Positions 27,952-36,789 of a stretch of DNA of 64,000 nt are shown in pieces. The stretch comes from an uncultured beta proteobacterium. GTDB lineage: Bacteria; Pseudomonadota; Gammaproteobacteria; Burkholderiales; Burkholderiaceae_C. The position numbers were made by a program, and so were the translations under genes. The stretch covers positions 1,710 through 65,709 of the forward strand of contig CAIJRK010000062.1 of the NCBI GenBank assembly GCA_903823025.1, given 5' to 3'. How positions within the stretch are numbered: the first letter of the stretch is position 1; each line of letters opens with the position of its first letter. Under the pieces are notes generated by a model. That model had not been told where the DNA came from and made no database searches. It saw only the letters and a list, made by a program, of their open reading frames with translations.

Positions 27952-28923
27952 ATGAAAAAACTACTCCAGCGTGTCGTCACGACCACCACTCTTTTGTTGG
28001 CCGCTATCGGCCTGGCACAGGCCGTTGAACAACCCAAAGAAATTCGTGTTGATTGGGCGTACTACTCGCCGCCCAGTCTGGTGCTGAAGAAGTTCGGCTG
28101 GCTTGAACAAGAGTTCAAGGCCGACAACATTCCTATCAAATGGGTGCAGAGCGCGGGCAGTAATCGCGCGCTCGAATATCTCAACAGCGGGAGCGTGGAC
28201 TTCGGCTCGACAGCGGGTCTGGCTGCCGTGTTGAGTCGGGCCAACGGCAATCCGATCAAGGGCGTTTATATCTTCTCGCGTCCTGAGTGGACGGCTCTGC
28301 TGGTGCCCAAAGACTCGCCAATCAAGTCAATCAAAGACCTCAAGGGCAAAAAAATTGCGGCCACCAAGGGCACTGATCCTTACTTGTTTTTGTTGCGCAG
28401 TCTGCATCTTGAAGGCTTGAAGAAGTCCGACATCGAACACGTCAGCTTGCAACACGCCGATGGTCGTGCCGCGCTGGAGCAAGGCCGGGTCGATGCCTGG
28501 GCCGGACTTGATCCGTTGATGGCCGCCAGCGAAGTGGACGCTGGCTCAAAGATCATTTACCGCAATGTGGCGTTCAATACCTATGGTTTTCTCAACACGA
28601 CCGAAGCATTTGCCAAACAGTATCCAGAGCACGTCAAGCGCGTGATTAGCGCCTACGAAAAAGCCCGTAAGTGGATCATCGCCAACCCCGATGAGACCGC
28701 CAAGATCATTTCTGATGAAGCCAAGTTGTCACTGGCGGTGGCCAAGTTGCAACTCACCCGCAACGATTTCAGCAACCCGGTGCCGGGCGCTGAACAGATC
28801 AAGGCCTTCAAGTCAGCTGCGTCCATTCTGGTCGAGGAGGAGCTGGTCAGAAAGGGAACGGATGTGAACCACGTCATCGACACGCTGGTCGAACCAGGCT
28901 ACGCCCAAGCGGTGGTGCGTTAG
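27952..28923 (+). CDS. ssuA: Aliphatic sulfonate ABC substrate-binding protein
   Basis: IRVDWAYYSPPSL, GSNRALEYLN, ATKGTDPYLFL, DAWAGLDP. Start set to ATG 27952. Confidence 0.88.
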   Translation: MKKLLQRVVTTTTLLLAAIGLAQAVEQPKEIRVDWAYYSPPSLVLKKFGWLEQEFKADNIPIKWVQSAGSNRALEYLNSGSVDFGSTAGLAAVLSRANGNPIKGVYIFSRPEWTALLVPKDSPIKSIKDLKGKKIAATKGTDPYLFLLRSLHLEGLKKSDIEHVSLQHADGRAALEQGRVDAWAGLDPLMAASEVDAGSKIIYRNVAFNTYGFLNTTEAFAKQYPEHVKRVISAYEKARKWIIANPDETAKIISDEAKLSLAVAKLQLTRNDFSNPVPGAEQIKAFKSAASILVEEELVRKGTDVNHVIDTLVEPGYAQAVVR

Positions 28924-28926
28924 GCG

Positions 28927-29733
28927 ATGCGCATCATGCGTGAATGGCATGTTTTCAAGCTGGCCGGGCGCGCGCAGGGGCTGATTGTGCCGCTGGTGTT
29001 GCTGGTGATTTGGGAGGCGGTGGTGCGCGTGCAGTGGGTTAGCGCGCACCTGTTGCCGCCGCCGAGTGAACTGGTGGTGACGCTGGGCGACCTGGCCGGT
29101 GATGGGGCGCTGTGGGGGCACATCGGCATCAGCACGCTGCGGGTGTTGATTGGCTTCCTGATCGGTGCCGGTCTGGCCTTGCTGGTGGGGGCTGCCGTTG
29201 GTTTGTCGCGCCGCATTGAAGCGCTGTTTGACCCGACCTTTCAGGCGTTGCGGGCCATTCCTTCGTTGGCCTGGGTGCCGCTGTTGTTGCTGTTGTTGCT
29301 GTGGCTCGGCATTGACGAGTCGCCCAAAATCACGTTGATCGCCATTGGCGCTTTCTTTCCGGTCTATCTCAACTTTGTCGCCGGTATTCACAATGTAGAC
29401 CGAAAACTGGTTGAAGTGGGCGGCATCTATGGGCTTTCCGGCCTGCGGTTGGTGACCCGCATTTTTCTGCCTGCGGCTTTGCCCAATCTGTTCACCGGCC
29501 TGCGAACCGGCCTTTCACTGGCCTGGATGTTTCTGGTGGCCGCCGAACTGATCGCCGCCACGCGGGGTTTGGGCTACTTGCTCACCGATGGACGCGAGAC
29601 CGGGCGGGCTGATCTGGTGCTGGTCGCCATTCTCGTTCTGGCGCTGCTGGGCAAGCTCTCCGATAGTTTGCTGGTCGGGCTGGAGGGGCGCTGGCTGTCC
29701 TGGCGCGACACCTTTGATAACCGTCAAGTCTGA
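28927..29733 (+). CDS. ssuC: Sulfonate ABC permease
   Basis: LRAIPSLAWVP, IGAFFPVY, LPNLFTGLR, WMFLVAAELI. Confidence 0.88.
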   Translation: MRIMREWHVFKLAGRAQGLIVPLVLLVIWEAVVRVQWVSAHLLPPPSELVVTLGDLAGDGALWGHIGISTLRVLIGFLIGAGLALLVGAAVGLSRRIEALFDPTFQALRAIPSLAWVPLLLLLLLWLGIDESPKITLIAIGAFFPVYLNFVAGIHNVDRKLVEVGGIYGLSGLRLVTRIFLPAALPNLFTGLRTGLSLAWMFLVAAELIAATRGLGYLLTDGRETGRADLVLVAILVLALLGKLSDSLLVGLEGRWLSWRDTFDNRQV

Positions 29734-29742
29734 GGAATTTTC

Positions 29743-30570
29743 ATGTCAAAAACGCTACTTGATCTGACGGTGGAGGCCAAGAGTTTCGGCACTCTACAGG
29801 TTATCGACAGCATCCATTTCGAGGTTCGGCGTGGCGAGGTGGTCAGTCTGGTGGGCCCCAGCGGCTGTGGCAAAAGTACGCTGCTGCGCATCGTCGCCGG
29901 GCTTGATACCAAGTACACCGGCCAAGTGCTTGTAAAGGGTGCCCAGCCCCGGCTTCATTCCCGCGATGTCGGTTTTATCTTTCAGGAGCCGCGCCTGCTG
30001 CCTTGGCTGACGGTGGCCGAGAACGTCGGTTTTGATCTGGGGCGCAGCGGTGGCCTGCATCCGCGTGTGCGCGAATTGCTGCTTGAAGTCGGTTTGGCCG
30101 ATTTTGCCGACGCCTATCCCAAACAACTGTCGGGTGGTATGGCGCAGCGGGCGGCGATTGCGCGTGGCCTGTTCACCCAGCCCGCTTTGCTGCTGCTCGA
30201 TGAGCCTTTCAGCGCGGTGGACGCCTTCACGCGGATGCGTCTGCAAGAGCTGCTGCTGTCGATTGCGGCGCGTCATGGCATTACGCTGCTGCTGGTGACG
30301 CACGATGTCAACGAGGCCGTGTATTTGAGTGACCGTGTGCTCGTTTTTTCCAGCAACCCCGGACGCATCAGCGGTGAGGTCAAGGTGGCGATGGGGCGCG
30401 AGCGCGACCGCGACCGCCGCGACTTGCAACTCGCACGTTACGAAAACGCGGTGCTGACGCTGCTCAATGGCGGGGCGTCACGTTTTCGTGATTACCTGGA
30501 CATCAGCGAAGAGGTGGCCCGTATCCCGCGTCCGTTTGAACGAATTAGCCTCAATCGTTTTGCCATTTAG
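29743..30570 (+). CDS. ssuB: Sulfonate ABC ATP-binding protein
   Basis: GPSGCGKSTLL, FQEPRLLPWL, LSGGMAQR, LLLDEPFSAVDAFTR. Confidence 0.88.
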   Translation: MSKTLLDLTVEAKSFGTLQVIDSIHFEVRRGEVVSLVGPSGCGKSTLLRIVAGLDTKYTGQVLVKGAQPRLHSRDVGFIFQEPRLLPWLTVAENVGFDLGRSGGLHPRVRELLLEVGLADFADAYPKQLSGGMAQRAAIARGLFTQPALLLLDEPFSAVDAFTRMRLQELLLSIAARHGITLLLVTHDVNEAVYLSDRVLVFSSNPGRISGEVKVAMGRERDRDRRDLQLARYENAVLTLLNGGASRFRDYLDISEEVARIPRPFERISLNRFAI

Positions 30571-30606
30571 CGCAGAGTGTCAGTAAAACGCGCCATCTGG
30601 CTTGGC

Positions 30607-31347
30607 TCAGGCAGGGGCAAACGGCGAGCGAATATCGGACAAAAACTGCTGGGCGCGAGGATGCTGTGGGCGGTTGAAGAAGTCGTGCGGTGTGGCGCGC
30701 TCCAGCACCTGACCGCTGTCCATGAACAGCACCCGGTCAGCCACATCGCGTGCAAAACCCATTTCATGCGTGACGACGACCATCGTCATGCCATCACGCG
30801 CCAGGCCTTTCATCACAAGCAGTACTTCACCCACCATTTCGGGGTCAAGTGCGCTGGTCGGCTCGTCAAACAGCATCAGGGGCGGGGCCATGGCCAGCGC
30901 CCGGGCAATGGCCACGCGCTGCTGCTGGCCGCCGGAGAGTTCGGTGACAAAAGCCTGGGCTTTATGCACCAGGCCGACGCGATCAAGCAGGGCCAGCGCA
31001 TGTTGGCGGGCCTGCCCACGGGACATGCCGCGCAGGTGAATCGGGGCCAGCGTGCAGTTGTCCAGTGCGCTCAAGTGGGGAAACAGGTTGAACTGCTGAA
31101 ACACAAAACCGATGCGCGAACGAAAGTCATTCAGGTTCAAACCCCGTGCATGAATGTCCTGCCCGTCCACCACAATGCGCCCCGACTGAATGGGTTCCAA
31201 CCGGTTCAGCGTGCGGATCAGGGTCGATTTACCCGAGCCGGACGGGCCGCAGACCACCACGACTTCACCTTTTTGAACGCGCTCATTGACGTCCACCAGC
31301 GCTTGGTAGGCCCCAAACCATTTGTTGACTTTATCGAACTGGATCAT
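30607..31347 (-). CDS. Polar amino acid ABC ATP-binding protein
   Basis: [46 protein letters not shown]. Start set to ATG 31347 (ATGA overlap). Confidence 0.9.
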   Translation of the reverse strand: MIQFDKVNKWFGAYQALVDVNERVQKGEVVVVCGPSGSGKSTLIRTLNRLEPIQSGRIVVDGQDIHARGLNLNDFRSRIGFVFQQFNLFPHLSALDNCTLAPIHLRGMSRGQARQHALALLDRVGLVHKAQAFVTELSGGQQQRVAIARALAMAPPLMLFDEPTSALDPEMVGEVLLVMKGLARDGMTMVVVTHEMGFARDVADRVLFMDSGQVLERATPHDFFNRPQHPRAQQFLSDIRSPFAPA

Positions 31348-32060
31348 GCGGGAATTCTTGCAGTGAGGGGTTGAGGGGCACGACGGGAGAGTCGCCTCTC
31401 CAGCCAGTAGGCCAGGCGCGACAGGCCAAAGCACAGGACGAAATAGGTCAGTCCCAGCGTCAGATAAATTTGCGTGGGTAGGGTGAACACCAAGGTGTTG
31501 ATTTGCGTGGCAATGAAAGACACTTCGGCCAGTCCGATGATGTAGCCGAGTGACGTTTCCTTGATGCTGGAGACAAACTGGTTCACCAGCGAAGGCAGCA
31601 TGTGACGCAAGGCCTGTGGCAGCACGACCCGGCGCATGGCGCTGAAATAACTCAAACCCAGCGAGCGCGCGGCCTCAATCTGCCCTTTGGGTAGCCCCTG
31701 AATACCGGCGCGCACGATCTCGGCCAGATAAGCGGCATCAAAGACCACCAGCGCGATCAGCATGGTGGCAAATTGATCCGTTTTGACGCCGGTGATGCTG
31801 GGTAAAAAGAAGTAGGCCCAGAACACCACCATCAACAATGGCGTGCCCCGCACCACAAACACCAGTGCGCTGACCGGCCAGCGTATCCAGCGCCACGGGC
31901 TGATGCGACCCAGGCCGAGCAACAGGCCGAGCGGCAACGCCAGCAGCAGGCCCAGTGAGGCCAGCACCAGCGTGAGTGCCAAACCGCCCAGCGGGCCTTG
32001 CGGGTAGCGGCCTACCAGGAAGTAGAGCCAGTAGGTATCGACCATTTCAAGGTAGGTCAT
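31344..32060 (-). CDS. Polar amino acid ABC permease
   Basis: [34 protein letters not shown]. Start set to ATG 32060 (CAGGAG RBS). Confidence 0.88.
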   Translation of the reverse strand: MTYLEMVDTYWLYFLVGRYPQGPLGGLALTLVLASLGLLLALPLGLLLGLGRISPWRWIRWPVSALVFVVRGTPLLMVVFWAYFFLPSITGVKTDQFATMLIALVVFDAAYLAEIVRAGIQGLPKGQIEAARSLGLSYFSAMRRVVLPQALRHMLPSLVNQFVSSIKETSLGYIIGLAEVSFIATQINTLVFTLPTQIYLTLGLTYFVLCFGLSRLAYWLERRLSRRAPQPLTARIPA

Positions 32061-32100
32061 GGGCGCGCTCCTGCCAATCCTAAAAGGGCGGGGCAATGCA

Positions 32101-32796
32101 TCACAACACCCTCACCGGATAACGGGTTTGATACCAGGCGGCCAGCCCGGTGATGAGCAGGGAGACGGTGAGATAGCAGGCAGTGGCAAAAACGAAGGCC
32201 TCAAAGCTGCGAAAGGTGGCGGTCTCTACCTTGCTGGCTTGGTACATCAATTCAGCGGCACCGATGACGGTGGCAATGCTGGTGTTCTTCCAAAGGTTGA
32301 GCGTCTGCGAGATCAGGGGTGGCACGGTAACGCGCAGAGCCTGCGGCAAGACGACCCGGCGCAGGGTGGCGATAAAGCTAAAGCCCAAGGCCCGGCTGGC
32401 TTCAAATTGCACCTGCGGCACAGCACGAATGCCGCTGCGAATGTCCTCCGACATATAGGCGGCGGTGTAGAGCGTGAGGGCACATACTGCCGCCAGCGCT
32501 TCAAAATTACCCGCATAAAGCCAGGTCTTGAATGTGTCTGGCAGCAACTCGGGCACGCCAAAATACCAGAACAACATGTGTGCCAGCAGCGGCACATTGC
32601 GGATAGCCTCTACAAAAGTCCAGCTGCACCCGCGCAAGAGGCGAAAGGTTGACAGGCGCATCAAGGCGATGAGCACTGCTAGCGGCACAGCCAAAACCAG
32701 GGTGGCCACCAACAACTGCAGCGAGAGCCAAAGGCCCGCCAGCAGCATGTCGTGGTAAGCCCCCGAGACCAGCAAAGAAAAATCAAATACGGGCAT
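32101..32796 (-). CDS. Polar amino acid ABC permease
   Basis: IRNVPLL, AYMSEDIRSGI, QFEASRALG, LWKNTSIA. Confidence 0.88.
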   Translation of the reverse strand: MPVFDFSLLVSGAYHDMLLAGLWLSLQLLVATLVLAVPLAVLIALMRLSTFRLLRGCSWTFVEAIRNVPLLAHMLFWYFGVPELLPDTFKTWLYAGNFEALAAVCALTLYTAAYMSEDIRSGIRAVPQVQFEASRALGFSFIATLRRVVLPQALRVTVPPLISQTLNLWKNTSIATVIGAAELMYQASKVETATFRSFEAFVFATACYLTVSLLITGLAAWYQTRYPVRVL

Positions 32797-32832
32797 GAAA
32801 CAGCACGATCAATCACAGCGGCCCGCGTGGGA

Positions 32833-33666
32833 TCAGCCTTCGATTTTGTCGGTATCAATCTTGAAATCCCGGCTTGGGAATTTCAGGCGGCTATCAGGGC
32901 CGTACCACTTGAGGAATATCTTTTCAGCTTCGCCTGATTTTTCCAGACTGCGCAGGGTGTCATCCACCGCCTTCTTGACGGCCACTTCGCCCTTTTTGAT
33001 ACCAAAAGCCAAAGGCTCGATGCTCAGGTTCTGCGGCAGGATGACATAGTCTTTGTTGGCTGAGCCCAGTTTGTGAAAGTCCGAGATCAAGCTGGCCTCG
33101 TCGTTGATGTAGGCCACGCCCTTGCCTTGTTGCAGCGCCTGGAAGGCTTGTTGGGTGGACTCGAAGGTCACAATCTCAGCGGTCGGCACCACCTTGAGCA
33201 GGTTCGGGCCTTGCGTGCCACCTTTGACGGTCAGCGCCTTTTTGCCCGCCAGATCAGACACATTTGTGATGCCGCTACTTTTCTTGACCAGCACTTTGGA
33301 GCCAGTCACCAAATGGGTTAAACCGAAATCAACCTGTGCTTCGCGTTCCTTGTTGTGTGTCAGCGAGGCTGCCAACACATCTACATGGCCTTGTTGTAAT
33401 TCAGGAATGCGCGCCGCCACGGCCAGTTGTTTGAACACCGGTTTGACCCCGATATGTTTGGCCACGGCTTTGGCCAAATCTACTTCGTAACCGATGTAGT
33501 CGCGGGTTTTGGGGTCAATAAAACTGTTGGGTTCATCGGTGCCGAGCACCCCAAAAACGATTTCGCCTTTTTTCTTGATGTCGGACAACTGGTCGGCATG
33601 AACCGCAAAGCTGGACAAAGCAATCAGGGCGCTGGTCAGCAGCGGCAGGATGAAGGGGATGCGCAT
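32833..33666 (-). CDS. Polar amino acid (cystine/S-amino-acid-like) ABC substrate-binding protein
   Basis: Signal peptide, GYEVDLAKAVA, RIPELQQGHVDV, EREAQVDF, PLAFGIKKG. The substrate is inferred only from the sulfur context. Confidence 0.85.
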   Translation of the reverse strand: MRIPFILPLLTSALIALSSFAVHADQLSDIKKKGEIVFGVLGTDEPNSFIDPKTRDYIGYEVDLAKAVAKHIGVKPVFKQLAVAARIPELQQGHVDVLAASLTHNKEREAQVDFGLTHLVTGSKVLVKKSSGITNVSDLAGKKALTVKGGTQGPNLLKVVPTAEIVTFESTQQAFQALQQGKGVAYINDEASLISDFHKLGSANKDYVILPQNLSIEPLAFGIKKGEVAVKKAVDDTLRSLEKSGEAEKIFLKWYGPDSRLKFPSRDFKIDTDKIEG

Positions 33667-33681
33667 GGTTTTTTTCTCCGA

Positions 33682-33759
33682 TTAGCAAAACGAACTTGAA
33701 TGTGTGTCAGGGGCAGAAAAGCTGATGCGCACCTCACATCTCTGGTTGTGGGTGCGCAT
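33682..33759 (-). other. Candidate 25-aa leader peptide MRTHNQRCEVRISFSAPDTHSSSFC
   Basis: Open frame from ATG 33759 to TAA 33682 with AGGAAGGGG just upstream; ends 15 nt before the SBP start and overlaps the hairpin at 33721-33763. Confidence 0.4.
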
Positions 33760-33763
33760 CAGC
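33715..33763 (-). terminator. Terminator-like hairpin in the 5' leader of the amino-acid ABC operon
   Basis: Perfect 13-bp arms GCTGATGCGCACC (33721-33733) / GGTGCGCATCAGC (33751-33763); followed by TTTTCT on the minus strand. Confidence 0.6.
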
Positions 33764-33965
33764 CCCTTCCTGAACGCAGGTTATCCATAAAACCAGGAGA
33801 TTTGAAATAACAAATTCACATAAGCAAACGCTATTAACGTGTTTGGTTTTTCGGTCTCTCGTTAGATGTTTTCGCTATTTAGAACTAAGTATTCATTCGT
33901 TTGAGTTTTGAGGAAGTCGATTTAGAGTGGATGCTGCCGTCTTAAGCCACCAAAGGATTTTCATC

Positions 33966-34442
33966 ATGACCGCTGTATCGGACTCTACAGACTCTATTAA
34001 CCTCGCCGAATCGCTGGATGCGGTTCGTACACAAGCGCAAGCCACGGGCCTGCTTTACGCCGGGGGCGTCTCGCCCCAACTGGCTTGGCAATTGGCCTCG
34101 ACCGGTCTTGGCGTGCTCGTGGATGTGCGCACCGCCGAGGAGCGCAAGTTTGTCGGTCATGTGCCCGGCAGTCAGCATGTGGCGTGGGCCAGCGGCACCA
34201 GCATGACGCGCAACCCGCGCTTTGTACGCGAACTCGAAACCAAGGTGGGCAAGGACGCCACGGTGCTGCTGCTGTGCCGCAGTGGCAAGCGGTCGGTGCT
34301 GGCGGCTGAAGCCGCCGCCAAGGCCGGGTTTACCAACGTCTTCAATATTCTGGAAGGTTTTGAAGGCGAGATCGACGACCAAAAACACCGGGGTAGCAGC
34401 GATGGCTGGCGCTTACAGGGCTTGCCCTGGATTCAGGATTAA
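33966..34442 (+). CDS. Single-domain rhodanese (sulfurtransferase)
   Basis: LVDVRTAEE, LLCRSGKRS active-site loop, NILEGFEG...GWR...LPW. Start set to ATG 33966. Confidence 0.9.
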   Translation: MTAVSDSTDSINLAESLDAVRTQAQATGLLYAGGVSPQLAWQLASTGLGVLVDVRTAEERKFVGHVPGSQHVAWASGTSMTRNPRFVRELETKVGKDATVLLLCRSGKRSVLAAEAAAKAGFTNVFNILEGFEGEIDDQKHRGSSDGWRLQGLPWIQD

Positions 34443-34508
34443 CCAAGTCCATCCCCCAATTTTTAGAACCCAAGCCTCAAAAAATCAACGTCAAAAAGGG
34501 AAGCCACC

Positions 34509-35483
34509 ATGTCACATATTTACGCCGACAACTCACTCTCGATTGGCCGCACACCGCTGATTCAACTCAACCGCGTCACCGACGGTGCCAAAGCCACGGT
34601 GTTGGCCAAGATCGAGGGCCGCAACCCGGCTTATTCGGTCAAATGCCGCATTGGCGCGGCCATGATTTGGGATGCCGAGAAAAAAGGGCTGCTCGGCGCA
34701 GGCAAAGAAATCGTGGAGCCAACCAGTGGCAACACCGGCATTGCGCTGGCTTTTGTCGCGGCAGCACGCGGCATTCCTATCACGCTGACGATGCCCGACA
34801 CCATGAGTATTGAGCGGCGCAAATTGTTGTTGGCCTACGGGGCCAAACTGGTGTTGACGGAAGGTGCCAAAGGCATGAAAGGCGCGATTGCCAAAGCCGA
34901 AGAAATAGCCGCCAGCGACCCCAAATATGTGTTGCTGCAACAGTTCAAGAACCCGGCTAATCCGGCGATTCATGAAACCACCACTGGCCCCGAAATATGG
35001 GAAGACACCCAAGGCGCTATCGACATCTTTGTCGCTGGTGTGGGCACTGGTGGCACCATCACGGGCGTCTCGCGTTACCTCAAAAAGACACAGGGCAAAG
35101 CGATTATTTCAGTGGCGGTAGAACCGACCACCAGCCCGGTGTTGACGCAACAACGCGCCGGAGAAGAAATTAAACCCGGCCCGCACAAGATTCAAGGTAT
35201 TGGTGCGGGTTTTGTGCCCGATGTACTCGACTTGTCGCTGATTGATGCGGTTGAATTGGTGAGCAATGAGGAGGCGGTCGATTTCGCCCGTCGTCTGGCG
35301 CGTGAGGAAGGCATTCTGGCCGGTATTTCTTGCGGCGCAGCCACTGCGGCCGCCGTGCGCTGGGCTAAAAAACCGGAGAACGAAGGTAAAACTATCGTCG
35401 TGATCCTGCCCGATTCCGGCGAACGCTACCTGAGTTCAGTCCTGTTTGAAGGTCTCTTTGATGCCACCGGGTTGCCTGCATGA
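34509..35483 (+). CDS. cysK: Cysteine synthase A (O-acetylserine sulfhydrylase)
   Basis: [12 protein letters not shown] (PLP Lys), [43 protein letters not shown]. Confidence 0.95.
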   Translation: MSHIYADNSLSIGRTPLIQLNRVTDGAKATVLAKIEGRNPAYSVKCRIGAAMIWDAEKKGLLGAGKEIVEPTSGNTGIALAFVAAARGIPITLTMPDTMSIERRKLLLAYGAKLVLTEGAKGMKGAIAKAEEIAASDPKYVLLQQFKNPANPAIHETTTGPEIWEDTQGAIDIFVAGVGTGGTITGVSRYLKKTQGKAIISVAVEPTTSPVLTQQRAGEEIKPGPHKIQGIGAGFVPDVLDLSLIDAVELVSNEEAVDFARRLAREEGILAGISCGAATAAAVRWAKKPENEGKTIVVILPDSGERYLSSVLFEGLFDATGLPA

Positions 35484-36427
35484 ATGTGCTGGCCCTCCGA
35501 CCTATCGAGGCGCGTATGCCCCTGTTTGAGATCAATCGCGTGGTCGCCGAGTTGGCCGCAGAACGCCAGCGATGGCGAGAAGCACAACAGCGTTCTACAG
35601 AACCGGGCGGGCGCGAACTACCGTCGCGCGATGCCTTGGCGCAGGTCATTGACGACCTGCGTGGCGTCTTGTTTCCGATGCGCTTAGGCCCGGCTGATTT
35701 GCGTCAGGAAAGCGAAGACTTTTATGTGGGTCACACGCTGGACACGGTTTTGCACGCGCTGCTAACGCAGGTTCGACTGGAATTGAGTTACGGCTCACGC
35801 CATTTGGATAAGCCCAACCACGCCGCGCTGGAAGACCATGCCGTGCAAATTGTGCGTGACTTCTCGTTGTCGCTGCCGTCGATTCGGGCGCTGCTCGATA
35901 GCGATGTGGTCGCCGCCTTTGAGGGCGATCCGGCGGCGCGCAATGTGGATGAAGTGCTGCTGTGCTATCCCGGCATTCTGGCCATGATTCATCACCGTTT
36001 GGCACATCGTTTGTATGAACTTGGGGTGCCGTTACTGGCCCGCATCATGGCCGAGTTGGCGCACGGTCAGACCGGTATTGACATTCATCCCGGTGCGCGC
36101 ATTGGGGCGGGTTTGTTCATTGATCACGGCACAGGCGTGGTGATTGGCGAGACGGCGGTCATTGGCGAACGTGTGCGTATTTACCAAGCCGTCACGCTGG
36201 GCGCCAAGAGTTTTCCGACCGACGATTCGGGCAATCCACGCAAGGGTTTGCCGCGTCATCCGGTGGTGGAAGACGAGGTCGTAATTTACGCCGGTGCCAC
36301 TGTGTTGGGTCGTGTCACGTTGGGTCGTGGTGCCACCATTGGCGGCAACGTTTGGCTCACGCACGATGTGGCTCCCGGGGCGCACATCACGCAAGCTCGC
36401 TCGTTGCACGATGCTGTTAAAGCTTAA
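35480..36427 (+). CDS. cysE: Serine O-acetyltransferase (SrpH/EpsC-type)
   Basis: [57 protein letters not shown]. Confidence 0.9.
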   Translation: MNVLALRPIEARMPLFEINRVVAELAAERQRWREAQQRSTEPGGRELPSRDALAQVIDDLRGVLFPMRLGPADLRQESEDFYVGHTLDTVLHALLTQVRLELSYGSRHLDKPNHAALEDHAVQIVRDFSLSLPSIRALLDSDVVAAFEGDPAARNVDEVLLCYPGILAMIHHRLAHRLYELGVPLLARIMAELAHGQTGIDIHPGARIGAGLFIDHGTGVVIGETAVIGERVRIYQAVTLGAKSFPTDDSGNPRKGLPRHPVVEDEVVIYAGATVLGRVTLGRGATIGGNVWLTHDVAPGAHITQARSLHDAVKA

Positions 36428-36436
36428 GGAGAAGCC

Positions 36437-36724
36437 ATGTTTTCTCCAGACACCATGAGTCAGCTGGTCAATAGTTTTGGCCTCACTGTGCGTCAATTGC
36501 GCGAGAAGCAAGGCTGGTCGCAGGAAGGCCTGGCGGAGCGGGCGGATTTGAACCGCTCCTATGTTGGCGAACTGGAGCGCGGGCAAGCGATTCCGTCGCT
36601 CTTGACGCTCAAAAAACTGAGCGTTGCCCTTGATCTCAGCCTGACAAGCCTGATCGACCACACCGAACGGATGGCGCAAACCAGACTGATTCAGGGCATT
36701 GCCTTGACGTCTATAGCATGTTGA
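36437..36724 (+). CDS. XRE-family HTH transcriptional regulator
   Basis: VRQLREKQGWSQEGLAERADLNRSYVGELERG...PSLLTLKKLS; AAGGAG RBS. Confidence 0.9.
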   Translation: MFSPDTMSQLVNSFGLTVRQLREKQGWSQEGLAERADLNRSYVGELERGQAIPSLLTLKKLSVALDLSLTSLIDHTERMAQTRLIQGIALTSIAC

Positions 36725-36789
36725 TAGATGCCTTCAGACCACAGACACTCGCTTTTGTATTTTTTTAAAACCCCTTGACGGAGTCTTTC

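Noticed and set aside
30398-30425. CGCGAC duplication in ssuB (ERDRDRRD)
   Set aside because: A two-codon in-frame microduplication in a variable C-terminal loop; no evidence of consequence.
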